Below, piece after piece: positions 35,200-48,238 of a stretch of DNA of 64,000 nucleotides; position 1 is the first letter of the stretch; each line of letters begins with the position of its first letter. The DNA is from Octopus sinensis (Eukaryota): assembly GCF_006345805.1 (NCBI RefSeq), contig NC_043008.1:10354001-10418000 (forward strand), read 5' to 3'. Under the pieces are notes generated by a model. The model searched no databases, was not told the origin of the DNA, and worked only from the letters and a program-made list of their open reading frames with translations. The position numbers were made by a program, and so were the translations under genes.

Positions 35200-36200
35200 G
35201 CTTTGAACTTTGCTAAAATCATAATCAATATAAATAATACCAAAATAGAAACAATACTGCAAGCAAGAAAATCACTCCTCTTTCACAACAATGCTTTCCA
35301 GATTAAGGAAAACATTAAGAATCAATTGATGTAAGCATGGGATCAAACAATTCAGCAGAGATAAGTGACATTGTGGATCTTTACATATTAGGAAAATTAC
35401 ACAACAAATTTTGATCTGTCTCAGATGGTCTATAAAGGGATGATGGTCTAATCTTACTAAGAAAATATGATCCACAAAAAAACTGATAAATTTAGGAAGG
35501 ATCTACATCACTTTGAAAATTTGGGCTTCTCAATCATAGTAGAAACACAACTAAAGTTAGTCAACTTCGTAGATGTTACTCTTGACCTGGAATCAAGTAT
35601 CTATAAATCATACAAAAAAGATAATAAAAATATTCAGTATATTCATCAACAATCCAACCTAAAATCATTATCAAAAACCTATAAAAACATATCCTTCAGA
35701 CTTTCCTCTTTATCTACAAATGAAAAAATACTAAATGAAATAGTAACTCCATATAATGAAGCTCCCAATAATCATGGTTAAAAGTAAAAAAGTGTAATAT
35801 ATAAGCAGCAATCCTCCTACAGTAAATAAAATACATAAGAATAGAAAAAGGAAGATTATCTGGTATAATCACCCCTTTAACATACGTGTTTCCACATCTA
35901 TAGCTAAATTATTTTTCAAAATATTGCAGAAACACTTCCATTCCTACTACTAGTATTACAAACTAATAAACAAACATAATTTGTTATATTTCACTACAAC
36001 AACTTTAAGAAAGACTGCAGACAAATTGTCTCAAATTGAAAACCTAAACCACACACACACTGCAATTGTAGAACACCTTCATCCTGCCCTCAACAAGGAA
36101 AATGTCTCTCAAGAAATATCATATATTGCAGTACGGTAACAACAAACATGACACCAACTACTATATCTACATTCATAGGTTCTACAGTAAACAAAAGTAA
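35200..36200 (+). pseudogene. Penelope-like element RT and GIY-YIG-region relic
   Basis: RKSLLF, DVSMGSNNSAEISDIV.LYIL, RDDGL, VNFVDVTLDL, KIIWYN.PFN and CNCRTPSSCP...CLSRNIIY motifs, with stops and frameshifts. Confidence 0.85.
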
Positions 36201-36530
36201 AAGGATTAATTCAATAATACCAAAAGCAGCAAAAATATTGTCACATCTTGTGCCTCCCCAACAAAAGAGAAATACCTAAAGGCTTAGTTATAAAGTTCTA
36301 CATAGATGAATAAATTTTCAACAATAACATAACCCCAAATCTAATCAATTAAAATTTCTCCAAAACACCTCTCCATAACAACCAACCATAAAAAACTAAT
36401 TACCACCCCACTCAAACCTACTCACACTCAATGGAGACTGTATAAAGGCAAGACTAAGTCTAATGCATCCATCGCAGTCTGACAATGGCTTAGATGGATG
36501 AAACTTTGAAGTCACTGTTTACAATATTCT

Positions 36531-36893
36531 TCATCATCATCATCATCATCGTTTAATGTCCGTTTTCCATGCTAGCACGGGTTGGACGGTTCGAGCGGGG
36601 TCTGGGAAGCCAGGGGCTGCACCAGGCTCCAGTCTGATCTTCCAGTGTTTCTACAGCTGGATGCCCTTCCTAATGCCGACCACTCCACGAGTGTAGTGGG
36701 TGCTTTTTACGTGCCACCTGCACAGGTGCCAGGGGAGTCTGGCATCGGCCACGATCGGTTGGTGCTTTTAACGTGCCACCAGCACGGAAGCCAGCCAAGG
36801 TGGCGCTGGCATCGTCCACGTTCGGATGGTGCTTTTTATGTGCCACCGGCACAGAAGCCAGTCGAGGCTGCGCTGGCAACGGCCACCTTGACT
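36531..36893 (-). mobile_element. Retroposon family D
   Basis: Reversed tail and GTGCCACCGGCAC repeats. Confidence 0.8.
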
Positions 36894-37674
36894 AGCTTTT
36901 GTGCCGATGAAATAATAGATATGTTATAAAAGGGGAAGATTAAATTCAAAGTGTATTTATCTTTGAGATATACTGGTTATTACTTTCTTGTTTGAAGATA
37001 CTTTTAAGAGGTAAATGATTTTGACTTACTATGTTATTGATACTTTTGGGAAGTTTGTTGTAGTCAAGTTCCCTTTAAGTTACAAATACATACTCAGACA
37101 GGTGGGATAAGAAATGATTCATTAAGTGCTATATGTATGTACAAATGCTGAAAAAAAAAAGTATGTCAAAAATGCCAAAGTGAAGTATACATAATTTACA
37201 TGTGCTCCCTATACCAATAAAATTGCTGAGAAATTTGATTGAGGTTGGTTGTTAATTGTACCCTTTATAGTTGCAGGAACAAACCATTGTTCCATAATAA
37301 AGAACAATTAAGCAAGTATGTTGTATGTTAATATACATTGCATAAAATAAAAATTATAAATGAAATTAATTTGGAAAAGCTATGCAAGCTCAGGTCTGTT
37401 TGTATGTGAATATATGAAATATACCGTAAGTGGGGAACAACGTAATCACCTACTTTCTAGCCCAACACTCTACTTATGTAGCTATTTATGATGGATTTCT
37501 CTCAACATGGATAGACATGTATACGGGTGTAGATTTAGGCCTCTGATGTCAAGAAACACACATCTGTTGAATACTTAATACTGATTTCTCACTTAAGAGG
37601 GATTTATAGAAAAGGAGAAACCAGATTGTACAACAATCATACTTTTTTCAAGTTTGGTTCTAATCAATACTCTC

Positions 37675-37884
37675 TCTCTTTTACTTGTTTCAGTCATTTG
37701 ACTGTGGCCATGCTGGAGCACCACCTTTAGTTTAGCAAATCGACCCCGGGACTTATTCTTTGTAAGCCCAGTATTTATTCTATCGGTGTCTTTTGCTGAA
37801 CCGCTAAGTGACGGGGACGTAAACACACCAGCATCGGTTGTCAAGCAATGCTAGGGGGACAAACACAGACACACAAACAAACAA

Positions 37885-37920
<36 letters not shown>

Positions 37921-38010
37921 GCATATATACGACAGGCTTCATTCAGTTTCCGTCGACCAAATCCACTCACAAGGCTTTGGTCGGCCCGGGGCTATAGCAG
38001 AAAACGCAGT
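37675..38010 (-). mobile_element. SINE family B
   Basis: Reverse complement of the 28743-29082 body. Confidence 0.8.
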
Positions 38011-38474
38011 AGAGCTTGGTGCAGTCATCCGGTTTTCCAGTTCCTGTCAAACTGCCCAATTCATGCCAGTATGGGAAGCAGACATTAAATGATGATGTTG
38101 ACCAGGTGACTGCTTTTTTTTTTTATCTGAATATACCTGCCAAATGGGAGTTATTTTATGTTTGGTCTATGTATGAGCCTTAATGAGATTCCTTATTCAA
38201 CATAACATAAATACTTCTCACACTACACACAGAACTGACAATATCAGATTATAAAAAACATAAATAATAAAAAAAGATTTGTCTAATTAACCTTTTCAAA
38301 TGCTTTATAGAAATCCTTTACCACTCAGTTCACATAGATATAATGACGTTTTTTTACATTTTCACCTTTAACCTATCACAAGAAATATTAAGGTGCATGT
38401 TGGATTCTGGTAATCTCCAAAAGGTATATGTAAGTATATACATACTTGTATGTATGTATGTGTGTGTGTGTGTG

Positions 38475-38506
<32 letters not shown>

Positions 38507-38537
38507 TGTATGTATGTATGTATGTATGTATGTATAT

Positions 38538-38572
<35 letters not shown>

Positions 38573-38680
38573 GCATATATATATATATATATCATCATCA
38601 TCATCATTTAATGTATGTTTTCCATGCTGCCATATATACATACACATGTGTGTGTTTATATATATATGTACCTCTGTGTG

Positions 38681-39020
38681 AAGGCGCATGGCTCAGTGGT
38701 TAGAGCGTCGAGCTTACGATCGTGAGGTTGTGAGCTCGAATCCCGGACCGGGCTGCGTGTTGTGTTCTTGAGCAAAGCACTTTATTTCACGTTGCTCCAG
38801 TTCACTCAGCTGTAGAAATGAGTTGCGACGTCACTGGTACCAAGCTGTATCGACCTTTGCTTTTCCCTTGGATAACAGTGGTGGCGTGGAGAGGGGAGGC
38901 TGGTATGCATGGGCGACTGCTGGTCTTCCATAAACAACCTTGCCCAGACTTGTGTCTAGGAGGGTAACTTTCTAGGTGCAATCCCATGGTCATTCATGAC
39001 CGAAGGGGGTCTTTACCCTT
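38681..39020 (+). mobile_element. tRNA-derived CORE-type SINE
   Basis: A box TGGCTCAGTGG, B box GCTCGAATCC, TTCTTGAGCAAAGCACTTTA...CCAGTTCACTCAGCTGTAGAAATGAG resembling the MIR CORE, 11-bp TSD ACCTCTGTGTG. Confidence 0.8.
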
Positions 39021-39345
39021 ACCTCTGTGTGTACAGTTAAGCTATGTGGAGGTGAAGCATGGGCTATAGCTACAGAGGATATGCGAAGGCATGAAAGAAA
39101 TGAAGCCAGCATGTTCTGCTGGATGGATAATGACAGTGTTCATGTACAACAGAGTGTAAATTATTTAAGAGAAAAATTGGGTATAAGAAGCACCAGCTGT
39201 AGTGTCCAAGAGAGATGATTGTGCTGGTATGGTCATGTGATGTGTATGGATGAGGACAACAGCATAAAGAAGTGCCAATTTCTAATTGTGGAGGGAACCC
39301 GTGAAAGAAGTTGACCCAGGAAAACAGGACAAAGTGGTGAGAAAG
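39021..39345 (+). pseudogene. RTE-clade LINE RT C-terminal fragment
   Basis: LREKLGIRSTSCSVQER*LCWYGHVMCMDED...VEG...PRKT. Confidence 0.8.
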
Positions 39346-39354
39346 TATGTGGTT

Positions 39355-39557
39355 CTTTATTACCCACAAGGGGCTAAACATAGAGGGGACAAACAAGGAC
39401 AGACAAACGAACTAAGTCGATTACATCGACCCCAGTGCGTAACTGGCACTTAATTTATCAACCCTGAAAGGATGAAAAGCAAAGTCAATCTCGGTGGAAT
39501 TTGAACTCAGAATGTAACGGCTACGCATTTCGCCCGGCATGCTAACGGTTCTGCCAG
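39355..39557 (-). mobile_element. SINE family A monomer inserted in the RTE fragment
   Basis: Reverse complement of the family A body. Confidence 0.8.
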
Positions 39558-40449
39558 TATGTTCAAAAGATGGGACTCGCTGAGGAGATGACAAGGAACC
39601 AAAACTTTTGGCAATTTACTGTTCTTGAGAAGATATGTCAAGGCAAGTAAAATCATGGCCATCCATTCATAGAGGCGTAGCATGTAGCCATTTTCAAATA
39701 GTAGCGCCAATTTGTGGTAGCTGGCAATTGACGTAATGTCGTACTGCCAAAGAAATATGATTGTCGTTTTTCCATTGGTTGATATAACTACTCATATAGG
39801 AATTCTGAAAATTAGTTAAAGAATATTTTTATGTGATTTCGATTCTTTAAAGTCAAGTTGAGCAGTTATAAAAACCCTGGATTTTGGGGAAAACTTTAGT
39901 GTTTGTTGGATGTAACTAAACTCCACGACACTCACTCCTTTGAGACATTGGTTATTTTTTTATGCCATGACTATGAAAAATCTCAACAGAGGCATGACCT
40001 TCATGGCTATGCACCCCACCATCTCCTTTTCTCAGTCAAGAGATCCTTGTCTTACTAATTTACAGGTGCTAGTGCTGCATGTAGAGCACCCATGCTAGTC
40101 CTGTCTTTAGAGCACCTGCGTCAGTGCTATGTAGAGCTACCATGGTGGTGCCATCTGTAGAGCACTTGTGCTAGTGCCATGTGCACAGCACCTGTGCTAG
40201 TGCTGTGTGTACAGCCACTGTGCTGGTGTTGCATGCACAGCTCCTGTACCAGTGCTGCATTTATATAGCTCTGTAGTCTTGTGAGTTACATGGTGACCTC
40301 ACTTACACTGGTACCACAAAAAGTGCACCCAATAAAATTGGTTGGTATTAAGAAGGGCATCTGGCCATAGAAACCATGCCAAATCAGACGCTGGAACATG
40401 ATGCAGTCCAGGACTTATCTGATCCTGCCAATATGTCCAATCCATCCAG

Positions 40450-40862
40450 TGATGAGCTGGCAGAATGGTTAGCACGTCGGACGAAATGCTTAGCAGTATT
40501 TCTTCTGTTGCAGCGTTCTGAGTTCAAACTCCGTCGAGATCGACTTTGTCTTTCATCCTTTTGGGGTAGATAAATTAAATACCAGTTACACACTGGGGTC
40601 GATGTAATCGACTTAATCCCTTTGTCTGTCCTTCTTCGTCCCCTCTGTGTTTAGCCCCTTGTGGGTAGTAAAGAAATAGGTACTTCTTCTGCCACTACGT
40701 TCTGAGTTCAAATTCCACCGAGGTCAACTTTGCCTTTCATCCTTTTGGGGTCGATAAATTAAGTACCAGTTACGCACTGGGGCTGACGTAATCGACTTAA
40801 TCCGTTTTTCTGTCCTTGTTTGTTTGCTCTATGCTTAGCCCCTTGTGGGCAATAAAGAAATA
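40450..40862 (+). mobile_element. SINE family A dimer
   Basis: Junction AAAGAAATAG|GTACTTC at about 40679. Degenerate ~17-bp TSD ATGTC(C/A)AATCCAT(G)CCAG. Confidence 0.85.
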
Positions 40863-41384
40863 AGAAATAAGATGTCAAATCCATGCCAGCATGGAATATG
40901 CATGTTAAACAATGATTATGATGATATGTGTGTTTGTGTGTGTGTATGTATGTGAATATGTGCATTGGGTATGTGTAACTATAATTGGGTGTAATGTTGT
41001 TTTCTAGTAACTATGGAGATAAATAGCTAGGTGTTAAATATAATGAATATCTTTCTTAGGTAGATTGATTGATTGAATTAAAAAGTTTATTTTCAGGGAG
41101 GGAAAGGTCAGATATGGTGACAAGGTCATTGCAGCATAGCGAAACATTTGTTAACCAAGAAAGTCATCACTTCATTATCAGTTTTATTTTTAAACTGCTT
41201 CTATTAATCTATTCAGAATAGTCAGCATTATATTTCTTTTACACACAAGGTATGAATGTAGCTAAAAATAGTCAAACATTTAGTAGTTACTACTTTTCAT
41301 TTTTTAACTTAGTTATGAGGTCACAAATTCTGAGGGTAGGGATAGTTAACCTGGGGAATATATCATCCTCAGTTATTGTCTTGT

Positions 41385-41735
41385 TCATATGAGGCAGAGG
41401 TATTGTTTTCAGTCGTGTTTTTTGTCCGTGGACAAGATATCTCAAGAACCGCTGGATGAAATCGAATAAAACTTTCAGGGATGTTTGGCCTTAGGACTGG
41501 CATGAACTGATTAGATTTTGGGATTGATCCAGTACTGGACAAAGATTCTGGATTATTTTTCCTGTTTTTTTTTTTACTTAATTTTTGAGAGGTCAAGTTC
41601 GTTTTTAGTATTCTCGTTTGTGAGAGCAGTCAAGTTTATTTCAGATATTCTCATTTTAAAAATCATCTCCAGTTAATCGTTGAGAGGACATTGGTGTTTT
41701 CTTGGTTTAGGTTTGTGCTCTCTGAGTGCTCCTTA
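41385..41735 (+). mobile_element. HINE/Helentron-like non-autonomous element
   Basis: GAGGCAGAGGTATTGTTTTC head, GATATCTCAAGAACC...GATTAGATTTTGGGATTGATCC body, GTGCTCTCTGAGTGCT end. Assignment from recalled family pattern. Confidence 0.5.
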
Positions 41736-41935
41736 TTTGTTAGGGACATTTAACTCATATACCAGCAACCTTATCCACTATCACTGAAGACAGGCATAAA
41801 AATACCAAATTGCATTAGTATATCTCGGATTAATATATGTGTGTCTGCAGTAAATAGACATCAAAATTCTTCAAAATACAATTCCTGTATTAATCTTTTA
41901 TATAATAATATATAACAAAATATATCTCTGGACTT

Positions 41936-42463
41936 CGGCCACTTTAGCATGCGGTCTACTGCAGTGTCCTGTCTATGCTGCGAAATTACTTTTAGCGTGC
42001 GGTCTACTTTTTCTTACCCTCTCAACCTGAGTTAATTTTAACCATTGCAATGCTGTTAAAGGATTTCTATCGACATATAATTGTTACAGAGAAAACGGCA
42101 GTTGCATTTTTACAAGAAAACATTCATCTGGATACATCACAAGAAGCAGACCCTTGTCATCGATGTTGTAGTGTTATGCAAGTAGAACAAGTGGAGAATA
42201 CCAGCCTATATTTCGCTGTCTTGAAAAGGGAGTCAAACCGTCTTTTTTTTTTCATTATACAGGCATCAACAACAGGTTGCACTGCAATTTGAGTTTGTGT
42301 GAGATTTTAGAACTGGTGTTTTTTTTTTTCGTGATAGAGATACAGAAAAAAGTAAGAAAAGGTAGACTGCATGCTAAAAGTAATTTCACAGCGTAGACAG
42401 AATACTGTGGTAGACCGCATGCTAAAGTTGGATACTGCAGTGGACCGCATGCTAAAGTAGCAC
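41936..42463 (+). mobile_element. Merlin-like DNA transposon deletion derivative
   Basis: Long imperfect TIRs with repeated CTTTAGCATGCGGTCTAC, right end ...GTAGCACC. Internal EKTAVAFLQE..LD...DPCHRC..VM resembles a Merlin/ISXO2 N-terminus. Confidence 0.55.
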
Positions 42464-42518
42464 CAATTATGATCATATGGGAATTTAATGTGAAAAAACA
42501 AAAAGGATGGGGGGATAT

Positions 42519-42732
42519 TTCATGCACCTCCGTGAGCACGGAGTTTTGTCAGTGAACAGGTCGCGGTCTCAAAACGACGAAAATATTTTGACAAATTAAA
42601 TTTAAATGTTGAAGTGAATCTAACGGTTTTTGTGCGTTTCTTAAATGGCTTATAAACACCTTCCATGCTGCAATTGTTTTCGTTCCAGCACACGATCTCA
42701 GACCAGGTCACTTGCTATGCAAGTACATCTCC
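42519..42732. repeat. Dispersed repeat also at 1-67 and 58745-58868
   Basis: Direct sequence identity. Begins with a CTCCGTG/CACGGAG hairpin. Confidence 0.7.
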
Positions 42733-42949
42733 AAAACTGTAATACAATCGCAATCAACACCTTCTGAAACGTATTTATAGTAAATTTCATTTACTATAGT
42801 AAAAATAATTCTAAGGTGGCATATTTACGTCCAAAACAAAAAAAAAAAAAAAAGGGGGGGGGGGAAAGAATACCTCAGTAATTTATATAATTGTTAGAAA
42901 TGATAGTGATAATCAAAAATATTCCTACAGCTATTTTGCTATTACTTTC

Positions 42950-43148
42950 GGCGAAATGCTTAGCGGTATTTCGTCTGCCGTTACGTTCTGAGTTCAAATT
43001 CCGCCGAGGTCGACTTTGCCTTTTATCCTTTCGGGGTCGATAAATTAAGTACCAGTTACGCACTGCGGTCGATGTAATCGACTTAATACCTATGTCTGTC
43101 CTTGTTTGTTCCCTCCATGTTTAGCCCCTTGTGGGTAATAAAGAAATA
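42950..43148 (+). mobile_element. SINE family A monomer, 5'-truncated
   Basis: GAAATGCTTAGCGGTATTTCG...AAAGAAATA. Confidence 0.85.
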
Positions 43149-44004
43149 AGTATTTAATATTGAACCCTAAGGAGATAAGATCCAACATATTTCAATCATG
43201 TTCTACTGATGTAGAAAGTTCTAAAAAAAAACGAAACCAAAAACTATCTGAAATAATAATTTTATTTGCAAATATTAAAGCCGCCATTATCAAATTGGCA
43301 AGGTTTCGTTTTATGATAGAGAAAGTAAAAGTACTGAAGTCAGATGAGATTGTAATTTTCGAGAAACTAGTCAGTAGAACAAAAGAGAAATAAATATTTT
43401 TCTTTGAAATGAAATAAAACTGATATAAATTTGATGCCCAACGAAGCAAAAGGAAAACTAATCACACTTTCAATATTCAATGTATTAATACAAACATCCC
43501 GAACATTATAATACCCTTCAGTTAAATCATCAATTTTAATACTGTTATATACAATTTTTACGAATAGTTTTGGAATAAAATAATCAGCGAAACTTTAGAA
43601 ATAATTTCGAAATAAATATTACATCTTGTACTTTCATTTCATGATCGGGTTTAGTCGAATACTACCGAACATTATATTGCTTTTATTTTATGCCAATCTC
43701 TACCAACTTCATTAATTTATACTTTTGAATAATGAAATAAAACATCGCCTCAAATTTAATAAATTTAATTTCTGAAATTAAAAGTAGTTTTAAAAAAAAC
43801 AAGCTAATCTTCCCAGCAAACCCTGTAACATTCTCAGAAAAAAGATCGTCTGTTACAGATTTTGTTGTTTCTTGTTCAAAAATCGTTGAAATTTTTGAGA
43901 GAATGGAAAAAATTCACTGGCAAATATTTCAGAAATATCCCAGATTCTGGCAATATTTCTTCAAATATTTTAGAGGTTATGCTTTTCTATCCATATTTTG
44001 TAAG

Positions 44005-44075
44005 TCATTCAAAATACATCTGCAGACGACATGGAAGATATTGAGAGAAGACTGGAAATTATAAGGCAAGGACAA
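44005..44075 (+). CDS. Gene 1 exon (phase 1 to 0): VIQNTSADDMEDIERRLEIIRQGQ
   Basis: TTTTCTATCCATATTTTGTAAG acceptor (or CAG at 44025), CAA|GTAAAA donor. Bridges the phases of the 26737 and 45884 exons. Confidence 0.6.
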
Positions 44076-44958
44076 GTAAAACTTCCCTTCTTTAAATTTG
44101 ATAAAATAGTTTAAATCAAGTCTTGTGAATGAGCATTTGAAAAGCGAAATTTGTGTAAAAAAACGAAATTATTCAAGGCAATGAAGAGCTGTACTTAGCA
44201 CTACTTTGCAACCTTATCGACTTGGGGACATTTGTGGGTGTTTCCTCTATTTCAGGATCTCATGGAAATGAAAAATATTTACCAGACTAACAGTGAAAGT
44301 ATATTCCTAACAAATGAAAATAAAATAAATCTTGTCTCTCTGCTTGATTTGCCAACCACTTTACAAAGTGTACTGGGTGCATTCACCCAGTACACCTAAC
44401 CACTCTCTCTTCTACATCCTTCTATCTTCCCTGGCTCATGGTTTCTTTGTTCAGCCACCTTTCAATTCTATCCATTTTGGTAGCCAGGCTTTCCATCCCC
44501 ACTTCCTATACTATCTTGCAAACCACCCACACACCCACTTTTACTTAGCTTGTTCCTTGTGGGGCTACCTGGACACCTCATCACCATTATTTATCTCTTG
44601 TGAGCTCCTTCTAATCATTTTCTCTTTCTCCTCTACCCTGCTACTAGATGTGAGTAACCATGCAAATACCTCTGTAGGAACCTGCTCAGCTCCACCTTGT
44701 AGTAATTCCCTCATCCTCTAGTGTAAAGCTGACCCCTCCACTTTCCCTAGGGCTCATAGTCATGTGAACTGCATAGTGACTTCAACAGTGCAGGTGGCAT
44801 GTAAAAAGCACAATGTGGACACAGTGAAATGGTTGGCATTAGGAAAGGCATCCAGCCATAAAAACCCTGCCAAAGCAGACATTGGACACATCGGATGCCG
44901 TTAAATTGTCCAGTCCATACCAACATGGACGTTAGGTGATGATGATGATAAATATGTT

Positions 44959-45015
<57 letters not shown>

Positions 45016-45883
45016 GTGTGTATATATGTTTATGTATGCGTATGTAGGTGCAAGTGTGGCTGTGTGGTAAGAAGTTTGCTTGGTTCCTTAGGTATCTTCT
45101 ATTATAACCCCTGGCAAACCAGAGCCTTGTGAATGGATTTGATAGATGGAAACTGAAACAAGCCTGTGGTGTGTGTGTATGTGTGTGTGTGTGTGTGTGT
45201 CTGCATGTCTATGTGCTTGTCCCCAAATGGTGTTGGTTTGTTTATATCCTCATTATTTACCAGTTGGCAAAAGTGACTGACAGAATAAGTATCAGGCTTT
45301 TAAAAAGAAATGACTTGGGTCATTTTGCTTGACTAAATCCTTCAAGGCAGAGCCCCAGCAAAATAGATTAAAAAGTAAGATTCCTTTCCATTGTTAAGAA
45401 TATCTGTAGGTACTTTTCCTTTGCCATAAAAGATTTCTTTTGTTTTTGTGCAACAATACTCTGAAAGCTCTCTTACATTATCAAATAGAGTATTAGTCTG
45501 CATTATAAATGTTATGTCCTCATTCTTATCATCACATTGACTTTTGTCTTGAAACAAAAGGACCAATGCCATGTGATAATTTCAACGCTAACGCTCACAA
45601 AGCTTCAATGATTTTGAAAAGCCTCACACAATATCTCTTAGAAGAAATCAATACCTAATATTTAGCATGGTCTTAAACACCAAAATTACCATCCTAGATT
45701 ACTGCATTACCAGTCATAGATATTGCTCACCTTACAGTCAGAAAAATATTCTTTATTATTAATAGACACCTGCAACCATTTTGTATACCTAAACTGCATA
45801 ATTATCTAAACATGATTTAATAGAAATTTCTGTATTAAATATTAAATGTGTAATGCAAGCTTTATGCTATGTGGTTTATTCAG

Positions 45884-45982
45884 GTGATAAATATTGAAGA
45901 TACAGTTACTGGTGATTTTGATCAAAAGCCAGTCAGAATTGCTTTTATTAACATTGCTAATGCCCTTGGGAAAAGGATGAAG
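45884..45982 (+). CDS. Gene 1 exon (phase 0 to 0): VINIEDTVTGDFDQKPVRIAFINIANALGKRMK
   Basis: TTTATTCAG acceptor, AAG|GTCACA donor, only one open frame. Confidence 0.7.
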
Positions 45983-46279
45983 GTCACACTTTACTTTTTC
46001 TACTCATTTATAATCTAAAATGTAATCCTGTAAGTTTTTGTTTTAAGGTGATTGAGCACATTGTGTGTGGTAAATCATTAAAATCTCATGTTGGGAAATA
46101 ATAAATGAAACAGATGGATGGTTACATTAAAAATTAAATTTTGCAAGCTAGTGAGCAACTAAAACATAATTTGCTATATAGAGTTTATGAAGAATTGCAA
46201 CATTTAATGGAAAAAAAAAAGCCCCATGGTTTATTCAATTGTTTTTCTTATTGGCTATATGGTAGATAAGCACCATAAC

Positions 46280-46342
<63 letters not shown>

Positions 46343-46609
46343 ATGCATACATAGGAAATTAGATATGTAGGATCTCTCTTAATCAAACATGAATATAGTT
46401 AACTAAATTAACCAGAGTATATTAATAGTACATATTTTACTGACCCTAGAAATTTTACTTACCTAAATAGCTCTATAGTGGTATAAGATCACTACAAGAT
46501 ACTTGAGAGTAACCTCACCAAAATATGAGAAAATATATTTTTAAAAAATGTTTTTTAAAGCATTTGCTCATTACAAGGTCCTTAGACCACTGAAAATGTA
46601 AGAGCTACT

Positions 46610-47030
46610 AGAATTAAATGGATGCTAGATAGAAGTCAATAGTTGGCGACGTACATTAGACTTAAAAGGCTGGAGGTCATATTGAAGAGGAAAACAAGAC
46701 TGTGGAAGGGAATTCCAATGTTCAGAGATGTGAGAGAAGAAACTGGTACTGTAAAGTGCTTTATGACACTTAGGAGGTTGCACAGTATATTGATGAGGAC
46801 TAGATGCAAGTCTTGTTGATTGCTGATAAGTTCTTAAAGGAAGAACCAGAGAAGAGAACTCAGCAGAACAATGTCCATGAAAATACTTATAGAAAAGAGA
46901 CAAAAAAGCCACTTGATGACGATGAGAGAGTGAATCCAATTTAGAAGATAGATCAGGATGAATGGCATTACAAATACAGCATTAGAAAATTAGCATGCGA
47001 AGAAACCTCATTGTGATCACTAGACCAACA
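46610..47030 (-). pseudogene. CR1/L2-group LINE RT C-terminus
   Basis: LSHRHQVAFLSLFYKYFHGHCS...SFF....HWNSLP..CFP..YDLQPFKSNV. Confidence 0.8.
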
Positions 47031-48166
47031 AAATCACCCTCAGAACAAATGATATTGTAAAATGATATACTGGACATTGTAGATCTGATATACACATTGA
47101 TGGAATGATCATGGCTGGAATGCCTTTGTCATCAATTTGTTGCATCAGAGTTTACCTGATATAGCAGATCAAAAAATATTCTATATCAGGTGAACAAAAA
47201 TCTATCAAGTAAATATTTTGTTTTTAAGTTTGAATCAAAATATTTTATTGGTATTGTATGTTCAGATGACTGCTTATTTCATTAGTATTGTATGTTCTGA
47301 TGACTGCTTGACAATGAATAGTTTGTGATATATTCTATTCCTTCCATCTCTTCAATTAATTGTAAAATAGGTGAAAGAAAAACAAAAACACTGGCAGCTT
47401 TTATATAGAAGAGAGTAATATGAACTCATTCTTTCAAGATAATCTCAAGATGAGTGTTGGGCAGTTTCATATTTACTGTAATGGAATTGTTTATCAAATC
47501 TTGTTCAGATAATTTTGTCGGACAATATGATCTTACCTTTGATTTTTAAAAAAAATTAAAAATAAATGTTACTGTTTTGTGGTTAATTTTCAGTTTCTAA
47601 AAATGACTTATTTTATCATCGCTAGTTGGCATTTATGCTCTTTAAGTACCAAATCTCACTTTCTTTACTTTAAGTTTTACTCATTAAATGCTTACCACTT
47701 TAATACTGGGACAATATGGTCTTACTTTTATTAGTTGTTTCATATTGTATTTACTAGCCTTGTATTTCTAGAAAGTTATAGAACTCTTATAAGAAATTCT
47801 CTTATGTTTTATTTAAAAAAGATTTTGTCAATTACAGCAGTTACTAAAGTGGAAAAAAAGCAAAAATAAAACAAAAATGACGCAAAGAAAAATAATCTGC
47901 TTCAAGTTTGGGTTCTCTTCTGACCAACTGATTGTAAATCAGTATGTAGGTAATCTGAAGACCTATTCATAGTGACTCTTTCTATATAGGGGTGGAGTGG
48001 GAGTATCTTTATATGCATTACTACGATGTACTGTACTTCATAATTTTGTCTCCTTTAATGCATTATTATATTCTTGTTTTCTTTAATTTTCAGATTGTAA
48101 ATTTTTTTTGTTTGTTTTTGAAATGATTGACCAATCCATTACTTGCTTGAATGCTTTTCCTTGTAG

Positions 48167-48238
48167 TCACAGGCTAAAAGAGTGAGGTTCAGTCAGTTCT
48201 TGCATCTGGGGTCCAAGGGTCCAAGAGGAGGACCATGA
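48167..48238 (+). CDS. Gene 1 terminal coding exon: SQAKRVRFSQFLHLGSKGPRGGP*
   Basis: TGCTTTTCCTTGTAG acceptor, phase 0, TGA stop. AATAAA at 48579. Confidence 0.65.
   Translation, partial: SQAKRVRFSQFLHLGSKGPRGGP

Noticed and set aside
37271-37425. Two candidate gene 1 exons (CRNKPLFHNKEQLS; YASSGLFVCEYMKYT)
   Set aside because: They need a weaker donor at 26759, a 64-nt intron and a purine-rich acceptor. Exon 44005-44075 bridges the phases more simply. Cannot be fully excluded as alternatives.
38683-38752. tRNA gene
   Set aside because: A and B boxes are present, but it runs into a SINE body with a TSD and has no proper acceptor stem.
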